64,000 nt of DNA from Planctomycetota bacterium (GTDB taxonomy: Bacteria; Planctomycetota; Phycisphaerae; Sedimentisphaerales; Anaerobacaceae), in contig JALORE010000023.1 of assembly GCA_025459125.1 (NCBI GenBank), forward strand, positions 5,981 to 69,980, given 5' to 3'. Shown in pieces: positions 17,966 through 28,072 of this stretch. Below the pieces are notes generated by a model. That model worked only from the letters and a program-made list of their open reading frames with translations, was not told the origin of the DNA and did not search any database. The position numbers and the translations under genes are program-made. Position 1 is the first letter of the stretch; each line of letters starts with the position of its first letter.

Positions 17966-20350
17966 CTATTCATATCTCAGCGCCACCATCGGATCGACCT
18001 TCGCCGCCCGGCGGGCGGGGAGGTAACTGGCCAGCAACGCGGTCGCGACCAGGATCGACACGGCAATCGCCAGCAGCGCGGGATCGGTGGGGCTGGCTTC
18101 ATAGAGCAGGCTCGTCATCAGACGACTGGCGAGATAACCTCCCAGGAGGCCCGCGAGAATACCCGGCACGATCAGTTTGACGCTGCGACGCAGGAATGTT
18201 GCTGTGACGTTGGCCTGGGTCGCCCCCAGGGCCATGCGAACGCCAATCTCGTTAGTCCTCTGTGTGACCATATACTGTAGCAGACCGAACAGACCCACGG
18301 CCGCCAGGACCAGGGCGACCTGGGCGAAAAGCCCCAGCAGGAGAGTCGTATACCGGCGGGGAGCCAGCATCTCCGCGAGATCGGCGGACAGCGTGCGGAT
18401 CTCCCGGATCTCCAAGTCCTTGTCGAGAGCCGCGACCTGAGCGCGCACCATATCGGCCAGAGCCAGGGGATCCCCTGCGGCCTTCACCACGAGATCGGAG
18501 ATCACGTAACAGAATCCGGCAATCGGCTGATAGACCGTATTGATCGCGGGCGCCAGCTCGCGGTAGTCTCTCAGGGTGCTCACCACCCCCACGATGGGTT
18601 TCCCGTTGATGCGCTGGCCGAGGGGACTGGCCCGCGGGAAGTATCGCCGCGCCAGGGTCTCGTCAATGACGAGCGCTTGAACTCCACCCCGGGTATCCTC
18701 TTCGGTGAACCCCCGGCCCTCCAGGATCGGCATGCCCATGGTCTTGAAGAAGTCCACACTGACATCCTCATAGCGTGCCACGGGTGCCTCCGCGGTCGGG
18801 TCGCGCGGCGGACGGCCGTCGATCGAGAACGCCACGAAGCCGCCGCCGCCCGCCAGGTTCAGACCTCCCGAGGCCAGAGCCGCCGATTGCACGCCCGGCG
18901 CGGTCTGGACGCGGTGCAGCAGTTCCCGGTAGAAGTTCAGCCAGTGGTCGTACGCGGGGTACTTCAGCCGCGGCAACTCGATCTCCGCCACCAGGACCTG
19001 GGCCGGCTGAAATCCCAGGTCCACCTTCTGCATGGAGATCAGGCTCTGCATCAGCATGGCCACCGCGAGGAGCAGCGTCGAGGCCACGGCAATCTGCGCG
19101 ATGACCAGCCCGCCGTGAGCCAGCCGGTAGTCCCGGCCGTGTACGACACCCCGCTGTTTCAGGATGTCACTGAGACGCATACCCGCAGCCTTCCAAGCGG
19201 GCAGGAGGCTCAGCACCAGGCCCGCGGCAAATGACATTCCCAGGGTGAACCCCAGAACCGAGATATCGATACGCGTCTCCCCCATGCGCGGGATGTCCGC
19301 GGGCGACAGGCGCACCAGTACGCGCACGGCCACATAGGCCAACAGCAGGCCGAACGCTCCGGCAGCGAGGCTCAGCAGAACGCCTTCCGTGAGCAGATGA
19401 CGGATGATCCGGCCGCGCGAGGCGCCCAGGGCGGAGCGCACGGCGAGTTCCTGCCGGCGCACGCTGCTGTGTACCAGAAACAGACCCGAGGCATTCGTCC
19501 CGGCGATCAGCAGAACGAGGCCGACGCCGCCCCAGAGCAGATACAGCAGCGCCCGACTGCCGGCCACCTGCGTATCGAGGAAACGCCGCAGCACCACGGT
19601 GTAACCCGCCTTGTACTTGGGCTCCAGCTTCGCGAGTTGCTCTTCCAGGACATCCAGGTGCGCCTGGGCCTGCGCCAGCGTCACGCCCGGCGCCAGGCGC
19701 GCTCGGACCGTGGTGCCCCCGCCACGGGCCTCCGGATTCAGGACCAGGGGCACCCAAAAGGGCGCGCAGCGCCGCAGGTGGTCGCGAAAGGCGGCGGGCA
19801 TGACCCCGACAATGGTATAGTCCTTGTTGTCCAGCAGCAGGGACTTGCCGACGACCTGGGGATCGCCCCCCAGGTGTTCGTGCCAGAAGGCAAAGCTCAG
19901 AATGGCCACCTGTCCGCGTCCGGACTGTTCCTCCTCGGCCACAAACTCGCGCCCCAGCAGCGGCCGCATCCCCATCACCGTGAAGTAACCCGGCGATACG
20001 GCAAAGCCGATGATGTTGCGCGACTTCTCCGGCCCGGTGAGATAGAACCGATGGCCCTCCATGCCGGCCATGCTCTCAAATACCTGGTTGTGCTGCCGCC
20101 AGTAGAGGAAGGTGTGGTGGGACGAGGCAATGCGGTTCAGTCCCTGCTGGAGCCGCTGCTCCTGTAACTCGACGATCCGGTCCGGCGCCGCGTAGGGCAG
20201 GCGCTGGAACAGGACCGCGTTCACCACGCTGAACACCGCCGTATTCGCACCGATGCCCACGGCCAGGATCAGGATCACCACCACCGCAAAACCCGGACTG
20301 CGGCGGAACACGCGAACAGCCGACCGGAGGTCTTGCCATAACGTCGTCAT
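17966..20350 (-). CDS. ADOP-family duplicated FtsX/MacB-type ABC permease (794 aa)
   Basis: ORF 17966..20428. Start moved to 'MTTLWQDLRSAVRVFRRSPGF' (ATG 20350; an in-frame ATG also at 20356). C-terminus '[16 protein letters not shown]'. Confidence 0.88.
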   Translation of the reverse strand: MTTLWQDLRSAVRVFRRSPGFAVVVILILAVGIGANTAVFSVVNAVLFQRLPYAAPDRIVELQEQRLQQGLNRIASSHHTFLYWRQHNQVFESMAGMEGHRFYLTGPEKSRNIIGFAVSPGYFTVMGMRPLLGREFVAEEEQSGRGQVAILSFAFWHEHLGGDPQVVGKSLLLDNKDYTIVGVMPAAFRDHLRRCAPFWVPLVLNPEARGGGTTVRARLAPGVTLAQAQAHLDVLEEQLAKLEPKYKAGYTVVLRRFLDTQVAGSRALLYLLWGGVGLVLLIAGTNASGLFLVHSSVRRQELAVRSALGASRGRIIRHLLTEGVLLSLAAGAFGLLLAYVAVRVLVRLSPADIPRMGETRIDISVLGFTLGMSFAAGLVLSLLPAWKAAGMRLSDILKQRGVVHGRDYRLAHGGLVIAQIAVASTLLLAVAMLMQSLISMQKVDLGFQPAQVLVAEIELPRLKYPAYDHWLNFYRELLHRVQTAPGVQSAALASGGLNLAGGGGFVAFSIDGRPPRDPTAEAPVARYEDVSVDFFKTMGMPILEGRGFTEEDTRGGVQALVIDETLARRYFPRASPLGQRINGKPIVGVVSTLRDYRELAPAINTVYQPIAGFCYVISDLVVKAAGDPLALADMVRAQVAALDKDLEIREIRTLSADLAEMLAPRRYTTLLLGLFAQVALVLAAVGLFGLLQYMVTQRTNEIGVRMALGATQANVTATFLRRSVKLIVPGILAGLLGGYLASRLMTSLLYEASPTDPALLAIAVSILVATALLASYLPARRAAKVDPMVALRYE

Positions 20351-20364
20351 CTTCATTCTCCCGT

Positions 20365-20440
20365 GTAGGGTGTGCTCTGCACACCGCCACCTTGCCTGCG
20401 TTCTATCCCGGGCCCCGTTGGTGTGCACGGCACACCCTAC
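20365..20440. repeat. REPIN-like palindrome (P-type)
   Basis: GTAGGGTGTGCTCTGCACACC ... GGTGTGCACGGCACACCCTAC. Confidence 0.8.
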
Positions 20441-20463
20441 GTCTGTTCTCCATCACGCCCTTC

Positions 20464-22875
20464 CTACTCATGTCGCAACGCCACCATCGGATCGACTTTC
20501 GCCGCCCGGCGGGCCGGGGGATAGCTGGCCAGCACGGCCACGGCCACCAGGACCAGCGAGACACCGACGAACGTCAGCGGGTCCGTGGGCGGGACGCCGT
20601 ACAGAAGGCTTGCCAGCAGACGGGGCAGAGCATATGCCCCGGCCAGGCCCAGGACCACCCCGAGGAGCGTCAGGCGCAGCCCGCGTCCGAGCACCGCCCG
20701 CAGCACATCCCCCCGTCGGGCGCCCAGGGCCATGCGAATGCCGATGTCGTGGGTCTGCTGGGCCGTGCTGTATTGCAGCAGCCCATAGATGCCGGCCGTC
20801 GCCAGAATCAAGGCAATCCCCGCGAAAAGACCCAGCAGGACCAGGCTGAAACGTTGGGGCGCCAACAGGTGGGACAGATTCGCCTCCAGGGTCTCGACCT
20901 CCGTAACCACCTCGTCCTTGTCCAGTTCGGCGACCTGCGCGCGAATCGCACCGGCCAGACGCAAGGGGTCACGATCCGTTCGGACCACAAGAACCATGTC
21001 CCGCCAGTACCGGCTCTGGGGATGGTACAGTACGCCCAGGGCGGGGTCGAGGTGCCGGAAATCCTTCAGCGTGCTGACCACGCCGACGATGGTATAGTCC
21101 ACGTCCACCCCTTCGATCGTGTAGTCCATGTCCTTCGTGTGGACCTGCCGGCCGATGGGGTCGAGATCCGCGAAATACCGGCGGGCCAGATTCTCGTCGA
21201 TGATCGCGCGGCGCGTCGTCCCCTGCATGTCCTCCTCCGTGAAGGTCCGGCCTTTCAGGAGCCTCATGCCCAAGGTCTCGAAGAAACCCGGCGTCACGCC
21301 CCGGCGTTTGAGACAGGGCATCTCCTCGGGATTGAGGGACGGCCGGCCTGCGATGGTGAAGGGAGATTTCATCGCGTCGATGCCGAAGTCCAGGAAGGGT
21401 GTCACGGCCGCGGCGTGGACGCCGGGGAGGGCTCGGACCCGCTGCAAGAGCGGCTCGAAGAAGCCCTGGCAACCCACATAGTCCGGATGGCTCGATTCCC
21501 GCAGGTGGATGTCCACGGACAACACATTCTCGGGCCGAAAGCCCAGGTCCATCCTCTGCAAAGCAATCCAGGTGCGGATGAGCAATGCTGCCCCGATGAG
21601 CAGAATCAAGGACAGACCCATTTGCCCGATGACCAGACCGTCGTGCAGCCGGCGCCACCCGCGACCGGTAGAGGACCGCGACTGCCCCTCCTTGAGGACC
21701 CGGCTCACACACACGTCCGAAGCCCGGCAAGCCGGAATCACACCAAAGATCAGACCCGTCATTACCGAGACGCCCAACGTGAACGCCAGAACCGCCCCGT
21801 CCACGCTCGCTTCCTGCAGCCGTGGGACATTCGCGGGACACAGGCGGATGATCGCTTGGACCGTTCCGAACGTGACCGCCAAACCCAACACGGCGCCGCC
21901 CAGGCTCAGAAGCAGGCTCTCGGTGAGCATCTGCCGCAACACGCGCATTCTCGATGCCCCCAGGGCCACGCGCATGGCCATCTCGCGCTGGCGCACCGTC
22001 GCGCGGGCCAGGAGCAAACTGGCGACATTCGTGCAGGCGATCAGGAGCACCAACCCCGCCGCACCCAGCAAGAGCCACAGCAGTTGACGGTTGGCTCCCA
22101 ACCTGCGCTCCAGCAGCCGCTGTACCGTAATCGCGCCGGCCTCGGGGTCCGTCTGCTTCAGACGAGCGGCGATCACGTCCATGGCGGCCCGCGCCCGCGC
22201 CACGGTGCATCCTTCCTTCAGGCGCGCCAACCCCAGAACCAGTCCTCCCGACGGCCAGAGCCGGCTTCGCTCATAGACCAGCGGCACCCAGAATGACCTG
22301 GCGATGCCCAGGGGAAACACGAAACGGGGCGGCATGACGCCAACGATCGTGTAGCTCGTGCCGTCCAGGATCATTGTCTTTCCAATCGCGTCCGGGGCCG
22401 CGCCCCAGTCGTCGCGCCAGAAGGAGTGACTCAGAACAATGACGCGATGCTTGTCCAGCTGCTCTTCTTCAGGCAGGAACGTCCGGCCCAGGAGTGGCCG
22501 GGCGTCCAATAGAGGAAAGAGGTCCGATGAAACTGCCGCTCCCCAGAGGTACCGTGGTCTGTCGATACCGGTGACGTAAGGCCGCCGGCCACTGTAGCCC
22601 GCCATGTGGTCGAAGACCTGGTTCTGCTCGCGCCACCGGAGAAACCGGTCGTGCACCGTGGCGGTCTCGATCTTCTCCGGCCGCTCCATGAGGGTCACCA
22701 GGCGCTGGGCTTGGGCATACGGCAGAGGGCGGAGCAGCACGGCGTTGACCACGCTGAAAACCGCCGTATTGACCCCGATGCCCACTGCCAGGATCAGGAT
22801 CACCACCACCGCAAAACCGGGACTCCCGGCCAGCAGCCGCAGGCCATACCGTACATCGTGCCAGAGCGTTCTCAC
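20464..22875 (-). CDS. ADOP-family duplicated FtsX/MacB-type ABC permease (803 aa)
   Basis: GTG start at 22875 preceded by CGGAGT. N-terminus 'RTLWHDVRYGLRLLAGSPGF', C-terminus '[16 protein letters not shown]'. Confidence 0.88.
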   Translation of the reverse strand: MRTLWHDVRYGLRLLAGSPGFAVVVILILAVGIGVNTAVFSVVNAVLLRPLPYAQAQRLVTLMERPEKIETATVHDRFLRWREQNQVFDHMAGYSGRRPYVTGIDRPRYLWGAAVSSDLFPLLDARPLLGRTFLPEEEQLDKHRVIVLSHSFWRDDWGAAPDAIGKTMILDGTSYTIVGVMPPRFVFPLGIARSFWVPLVYERSRLWPSGGLVLGLARLKEGCTVARARAAMDVIAARLKQTDPEAGAITVQRLLERRLGANRQLLWLLLGAAGLVLLIACTNVASLLLARATVRQREMAMRVALGASRMRVLRQMLTESLLLSLGGAVLGLAVTFGTVQAIIRLCPANVPRLQEASVDGAVLAFTLGVSVMTGLIFGVIPACRASDVCVSRVLKEGQSRSSTGRGWRRLHDGLVIGQMGLSLILLIGAALLIRTWIALQRMDLGFRPENVLSVDIHLRESSHPDYVGCQGFFEPLLQRVRALPGVHAAAVTPFLDFGIDAMKSPFTIAGRPSLNPEEMPCLKRRGVTPGFFETLGMRLLKGRTFTEEDMQGTTRRAIIDENLARRYFADLDPIGRQVHTKDMDYTIEGVDVDYTIVGVVSTLKDFRHLDPALGVLYHPQSRYWRDMVLVVRTDRDPLRLAGAIRAQVAELDKDEVVTEVETLEANLSHLLAPQRFSLVLLGLFAGIALILATAGIYGLLQYSTAQQTHDIGIRMALGARRGDVLRAVLGRGLRLTLLGVVLGLAGAYALPRLLASLLYGVPPTDPLTFVGVSLVLVAVAVLASYPPARRAAKVDPMVALRHE

Positions 22876-22895
22876 CGCATGACTCCGAAGAAAGA

Positions 22896-22987
22896 CTGGA
22901 ATAATGGAATGGTGGAATAATCGAATGTTGGAGGAGCGACAGCTCTCCCGCCCATTATTCCAATATTCCAGTATTCCATCATTCCAG
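22896..22987. repeat. W-type AT-rich inverted repeat built from GGAAT/ATTCC units
   Basis: 'ctggaataatggaatggtggaataatcgaatgttgga' faces 'cccattattccaatattccagtattccatcattccag'. This is an imperfect inverted repeat of about 37 bp. Half copies follow the stops at 12017..12067, 28011..28072, 30520..30566 and 40965..41006. Confidence 0.65.
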
Positions 22988-22989
22988 CT

Positions 22990-25488
22990 CTATTCATATC
23001 GCAGCGCCACCATCGGATCGATCCGCGCGGCCCGGCGGGCGGGGAGGTAGCCGGCCAGCAGCGAGGCGGTCCCGAGCAGGGCGATGGTCACCACGATGCT
23101 GACCGGATCGACCGGACGGACACCGTAGAGCAGGCTCGCGGCCACCCGCGCCACACTCAAGCCCAGCAACAACCCGACCGCCAACCCCACCACGGTGGGG
23201 ATCAGTCCTTCCCGCAGGACCATGAATATGATATTCCCGCGCGTCGCGCCCAGGGCCATGCGCACGCCGATCTCCGGCGTGCGGGAGGCGACCAGGTAAC
23301 CCTTGAGCGCGTAGATGCCCAACGCCGCCAGGAACAGAGCCGCCGCTCCGGCCGCCAACGCCAGGCGCGTGTTGAAGCGCGCCAGCCATACCCTGGAATC
23401 GTTATGGCGCATCTGGAGCAGCGTCGCCACCGACAGTACCGGGATATGCGGATCGAACCGGTGAATCTCCTGAGCGATGCGTCCGCGCACGGCTTTCGGG
23501 CTGCCCCGATCCACAACGTGCAGATAGAGGTATGGGAACAAATCCTCCGGTCCGGCGGGTCTATACATCCGGGCACAAAGCTCCCGGTCCCCTACGTCCG
23601 GCAGGTTGGCGACGATCCCGACCACTCGGTAGGGCTCAGAATCCGGTTTGGTGAACATGCCCCACTGGATGCGACAGTCCAGGGCATTGCCGTCCGGGCG
23701 GAGTTTGCGCGCCAAGGACTCATCGATGATCGCCACCTGGTCCGCGTTCGGGGCACTGTCCCGCCGGTCGAAGAGCCGCCCCCGCAACAAGGGGATCTCC
23801 AGCACCGTGAAGTACTCCCGCCCAACGTCGATCATGGCGCCGCGCCGTACAAGGGGCTGGCCCGATCCATCCTCGCCCGCCCCCGGCCGGTATTCGAAGA
23901 TCGGCACGTGCGCGCCACCCCCAAAGAGCGCTCGGCGCGATGTCCCCGCCGCCTGCACGTCCGGCAGCGACGCCAGATGATCCGCCAGAGCCTCGTACGC
24001 CGGGAGGCTGTGGGCCCGGTCGTACCCGGCCGCCAGCGGATCGATCTGCACGACCAGCTTGTCCCCCAGAGAGAACCGCGGGTCCGGCCGGGCGATCCGC
24101 AGGGCGCTGTGCGTCAGCAGCGCAGCGCTGAGCACCAGGGCCACCGCCAGAGCGATCTGCCCCGCCACCGAGAGACTGCCCCGCCTTCCTCCGAGGGCCC
24201 CGCGCACCCGGCCGGCGGCGGCCTTCATCTCGCCGGCAATATCGGCCCGGGACAGCCACAGGGCCGGGCGCAGACCGAACAGCAGCGTGGCCAGCAGGCA
24301 CAAGCCCAGCGTGGCCGCCAGGACCCGAACGTTCAAACCGGGTCGGAGGTCCCGGAGCCCTTCCGGGGCGCCGGCGAGCCAGACGGAGAGAATCCGCGTG
24401 CCCCAGAAGGCCAGCAGAACACCCAGGGCCCCGCCCAGGACCGCCAGCAGCAGAGATTCGACGAGCAACTGCCGGACGATCCGCCGGCGGCTCCCGCCGA
24501 CGGCCAAGCGGACGGCCATCTCGCGGTGGCGTGCGGCCCCCTGCGCGATCAGCATGTTCGCCAGATTCAGGCAGGCGATCACCAGGATAAGGGCCGACGC
24601 CGTCATCAGGACCAGGCTGAAGATGGTTATCACCCGGCGGAACCGTTCGTAATCGCCGCCGATCTCAAACCGGCCCGGCGGGCGAAGCTGGAGCGAGGAG
24701 CCGTCCTTCCAATCCTTGGGGTATTCCCGTTGAAAACGCGGGACCAGGGCTTGCAGTTGTGCCTGGGCGAGCGCCGGGGTCAAGTCCGGCTGGAGCCGTC
24801 CCACAACATCGAGAAACGGATACTCGTCCCGGTCCGGGTGGCGCCAGGCCCTCTTGCACACCGTCCGATAGCTCCCCAGCGGCAGCCAAACATCGGGGCC
24901 GAAGAGCGTGACACCGGTAAAGCCCTCCGGGGCCACCCCGACGACCTGGCAGGAGATGCCGTTGACGCTCACGAACTGGCCGACGAGCTTCGGATCGCTG
25001 CCCAGCCGCTGCCAGCAGCGCCGGCTCAGAACCACAACCGGGACACCGCCGGATTGCTCTTCCTCGGGCAGGAACCCCCGTCCCGGGAGGGGAGCGACTC
25101 CCAGAACGGAGAAGTAGTTCGCCGAAACGTAAGTCGTCCGGATCTGCCAGGCCCCATCCCCATGAGCCAGGACACCGTACAGCACATCCGTCGTCGCGCC
25201 GTCATCCTGGGCCAGCAGATCGCTGAAGGCCAGACGGCTATCGCGGAGCGCCACATACGAAGCATAGCGAAACCACGGCATGCCGCCCTCCTGGATCGCG
25301 CAATACGCCAGCCGCTGGGGGTCCTTCACTTTCCGCGCGTGCAGCAGCACCAGCAGATCGGAGATGCTGAACATGACCGTGTTGGCCCCGATACCGATGG
25401 CGAGAGTAATCAGGGCGATCGCCGTGAACCCCGGCGACTTCCGGAGCATCCGGCCGGCGAAGCGAAGGTCCTGCCACAACGTCGTCAT
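22990..25488 (-). CDS. ADOP-family duplicated FtsX/MacB-type ABC permease (832 aa)
   Basis: N-terminus 'MTTLWQDLRFAGRMLRKSPGF', C-terminus 'ARRAARIDPMVALRYE', two FtsX-type modules. Confidence 0.9.
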   Translation of the reverse strand: MTTLWQDLRFAGRMLRKSPGFTAIALITLAIGIGANTVMFSISDLLVLLHARKVKDPQRLAYCAIQEGGMPWFRYASYVALRDSRLAFSDLLAQDDGATTDVLYGVLAHGDGAWQIRTTYVSANYFSVLGVAPLPGRGFLPEEEQSGGVPVVVLSRRCWQRLGSDPKLVGQFVSVNGISCQVVGVAPEGFTGVTLFGPDVWLPLGSYRTVCKRAWRHPDRDEYPFLDVVGRLQPDLTPALAQAQLQALVPRFQREYPKDWKDGSSLQLRPPGRFEIGGDYERFRRVITIFSLVLMTASALILVIACLNLANMLIAQGAARHREMAVRLAVGGSRRRIVRQLLVESLLLAVLGGALGVLLAFWGTRILSVWLAGAPEGLRDLRPGLNVRVLAATLGLCLLATLLFGLRPALWLSRADIAGEMKAAAGRVRGALGGRRGSLSVAGQIALAVALVLSAALLTHSALRIARPDPRFSLGDKLVVQIDPLAAGYDRAHSLPAYEALADHLASLPDVQAAGTSRRALFGGGAHVPIFEYRPGAGEDGSGQPLVRRGAMIDVGREYFTVLEIPLLRGRLFDRRDSAPNADQVAIIDESLARKLRPDGNALDCRIQWGMFTKPDSEPYRVVGIVANLPDVGDRELCARMYRPAGPEDLFPYLYLHVVDRGSPKAVRGRIAQEIHRFDPHIPVLSVATLLQMRHNDSRVWLARFNTRLALAAGAAALFLAALGIYALKGYLVASRTPEIGVRMALGATRGNIIFMVLREGLIPTVVGLAVGLLLGLSVARVAASLLYGVRPVDPVSIVVTIALLGTASLLAGYLPARRAARIDPMVALRYE

Positions 25489-25586
25489 CGCACAACTCCA
25501 GTTCTCAGTTCCCAGTTGTCAGTGCTCAGTTGGGAGCCATCGGCTCTCTTGCTGGCAACTGCCAACTGAGACCTGTCAACTCCTTC
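25489..25586 (-). repeat. Q-type intergenic hairpin element
   Basis: Fills the whole intergenic gap: 'actccagttctcagttcccagttgtcagtgctcagttggg ... cttgctggcaactgccaactgagacctgtcaactcc'. Confidence 0.7.
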
Positions 25587-28004
25587 CTACTCATATCGCA
25601 GCGCCACCATGGGATCGATCCGCGCGGCCCGGCGGGCGGGGACGTAGCAGGCCAGGGTCCCCGCCGCGATCAGGAGAAGCCCCACGCCCGCGAAGGTCAA
25701 GGGATCGGTGGGACGGACGCCATAGAGCGTGCCGGCGAGCAGCCGGCTCAGGGCCAGAGCCCCGATCAGGCCCAGGCCCAAACCGATGCCGACCAGCCGG
25801 ACGCCTTGCACCACGACCATTCGGATCACGTCCGGCACCCGCGCGCCCAGCGCCACACGAATCCCGATCTCCTGGGTCCGCTGGCCGACCCAGTAGCTGA
25901 CCACGCCATAGATGCCCGCGCAGGCCATGAGCGCGGCGATCGCGCCAAAGGCGGTGAACATCCAGGAGTAGATGAGCCGCAACACCATCGACCGGCGCAC
26001 CAGCTGCACCATGGTCCGGACGTCGTAGATCGGCAAAGCGGCATCCGCCGTGCGGACGATCTCGCGGACGGCCGGGATCAGCGCGAGCGGATCGCCCTGC
26101 GTGCGCACGACGCCGGACATTCCGGTGGAGCGGGCCTGGCCGTAGGGCACGTAGACACCCGGCCGCATGGGCTGCTCCAGACCGTAGTGCTTCACATCCT
26201 TGGTCACGCCGATTACACGCATCCAATCCGGAGAACCCGGGGATCGAATCCGCTTGTCGACGGGGTCCTGGCCCGGCCAGAAGTGCTTGGCGAAACTCTC
26301 GTTGACAATCACCGTCCGTTCGCCGCCCGGCCGATTGTCCTGCTCGTGGAAGAACCGCCCGGCCAGCAGTTTGATGCCCATCGTCTCGAGATAACCGGGC
26401 GTGGCAACGACATGGAGCACAATGGGGTCCTGCTCGCCCGGGGCCTTCTGCAAGGCTCCTTCGACTTCGAAAGACCTCCCGTCATGAGAGCCCGACAGCG
26501 GTGGCGCGCTGACGAGTCCCGCGTGGGTCACGCCGGGCAACGCGCGAACCTTCTCCACATGCTGCTCGAAAAAGGCCTGCCGCTTGGCTTCGTCGGCGTA
26601 CGCCGCATAGGGCAGCGCGATCTGGTAAGTGAGAATCCCGGCGGTGCGGAATCCCGGATCGATGCCCTGCACTTTCCGAAAAGACCGGAAGACCAGCCCG
26701 GCGCCGATGAGAAGGGTCAGCGCCAGCGCCACCTGGCCGACCACGATGGCGCTCAGGACCCGCCGGCGCGATCGCGAGCTGGTGCCGCGCAGGCTGGAGG
26801 CCTGCAAGGCCGCGTGGAGATCCCGGGTGTGTGCGGCGTGCAGCGCGGGAATCAGCCCGGATAGAACCGTCGTGGCGCCGATCACCGCCAGGCACAGGGT
26901 CGCCCAGCGAATATCCGGCTCGAAGGTCAGCCATTGGGGAACGATGCCCGGCTCCACCAGCCGGGCCAGCAACAGCTTCAGCCCCGCGTGGCCCAGGGGC
27001 ACGCCGAGCGCGGCACCGGCTACCGACAGCACCACGCTCTCCAGCAGCACCTGGCGCATGATGTGCCCGCTCTTGGCACCCAGGGCCAGGCGCAAGGCGA
27101 TCTCTTTGCCGCGCTGGGTCCCACGGGCCAGAATGATGCTCGCCACGTTGCAGCAGGCGATCAGCAGCACGAACGCGACCGCTCCCAGCAGGATCGTGAT
27201 CCCCTGGCGATAGTCCCGGAGATACCGGTCGCGCAGCGGTTGGACGGTCGGGGTCGTGATATCATTGGATGGACTCTGCGGGATCAGCCCCTTGTGAATC
27301 CGTGTCAGATCGTCGCGTGCCTGCGCGCGCGTCACGCCTTCCCGGAGCCGGCCCACGCCGGACAGGTACCAGCCCCCCCGCCGCTGCGGGTCTTCCGCCA
27401 GCGGCCGCCACAGGTCCACGTCCACCGGGAAGGCCGCCGCCGGCGGCAGGACCCCGATGATCGTGTAGTACTCGCCATCCAACTGGAGGGTCTGGCCCAG
27501 GATGGCCGGATTGCGACCCGCCATCCGCTCCCACAGGCCGGTGCTCAACAGGACCACTTTGGGGCCGTTGGGCCGATCCTCTTCGGGCGTGAAGCACCGC
27601 CCCAGCACCGGCCGCAGACCCAGGACCGTGAAGAAGTCGTGCGTCGTCACGAGGGCATTGATACGCTCCGCCCGGCCGTCCAGAGACAGGTTGGCCCCGC
27701 GCACCGTCCAGGCATACATCGACTCGAAGCTGCGGTTGTGCTCGCGCCAGGCGCAGAAATCCGCGTAGGCGAGGCCGGTATACTCCAGGTTCCACTTGGG
27801 CGCGGTCTCATCCAGATCCACCAGGCGTTCCTGCCGGGGCATGGGGAACGGATGGAGGAATAGGCCGTTGAACAAGCCGAACACCATCATCGTCCCGGCG
27901 ATCCCGATCGCCAGGATTCCCATGCTCATCAGCGCGAATCCCGGCTGCTTTGCCAGCCCGCGGCACGTCGCCCTGAGGTCACGTCCAAGATGGAAGATAT
28001 CCAT
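25587..28004 (-). CDS. ADOP-family duplicated FtsX/MacB-type ABC permease (805 aa)
   Basis: Divergent N-terminus 'MDIFHLGRDLRATCRGLAKQPGF', C-terminus 'ARRAARIDPMVALRYE', two FtsX-type modules. Confidence 0.88.
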   Translation of the reverse strand: MDIFHLGRDLRATCRGLAKQPGFALMSMGILAIGIAGTMMVFGLFNGLFLHPFPMPRQERLVDLDETAPKWNLEYTGLAYADFCAWREHNRSFESMYAWTVRGANLSLDGRAERINALVTTHDFFTVLGLRPVLGRCFTPEEDRPNGPKVVLLSTGLWERMAGRNPAILGQTLQLDGEYYTIIGVLPPAAAFPVDVDLWRPLAEDPQRRGGWYLSGVGRLREGVTRAQARDDLTRIHKGLIPQSPSNDITTPTVQPLRDRYLRDYRQGITILLGAVAFVLLIACCNVASIILARGTQRGKEIALRLALGAKSGHIMRQVLLESVVLSVAGAALGVPLGHAGLKLLLARLVEPGIVPQWLTFEPDIRWATLCLAVIGATTVLSGLIPALHAAHTRDLHAALQASSLRGTSSRSRRRVLSAIVVGQVALALTLLIGAGLVFRSFRKVQGIDPGFRTAGILTYQIALPYAAYADEAKRQAFFEQHVEKVRALPGVTHAGLVSAPPLSGSHDGRSFEVEGALQKAPGEQDPIVLHVVATPGYLETMGIKLLAGRFFHEQDNRPGGERTVIVNESFAKHFWPGQDPVDKRIRSPGSPDWMRVIGVTKDVKHYGLEQPMRPGVYVPYGQARSTGMSGVVRTQGDPLALIPAVREIVRTADAALPIYDVRTMVQLVRRSMVLRLIYSWMFTAFGAIAALMACAGIYGVVSYWVGQRTQEIGIRVALGARVPDVIRMVVVQGVRLVGIGLGLGLIGALALSRLLAGTLYGVRPTDPLTFAGVGLLLIAAGTLACYVPARRAARIDPMVALRYE

Positions 28005-28072
28005 GAAATCTCATCCTTTGCTGTAATCTTCTGCCCATCATTCCAATACTCCCATATTTCATCATTCCAGTC

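Noticed and set aside
22896-22987. GGAAT repeats as eukaryotic satellite-like contamination.
   Set aside because: They are only a few dozen nt long, sit between two bacterial genes, are arranged as an inverted repeat, and have half-copies in equivalent spacer positions of the same array.
25520-25560. TTGGCAG...AGCAAG inside Q-type elements as possible sigma-54 promoters.
   Set aside because: The minus strand reads TGGCAG-TTGCC-AGCA. There is no TTGC at the -12 position, and the GC dinucleotide is one nt out of register. The same defect is present in the other Q copies.
25570-25586. TTGACA within the conserved post-stop linker GGAGTTGACAG as a sigma-70 -35 box for each cassette.
   Set aside because: No -10-like hexamer lies 16-18 nt downstream in any copy; the downstream sequence is GC-rich hairpin.
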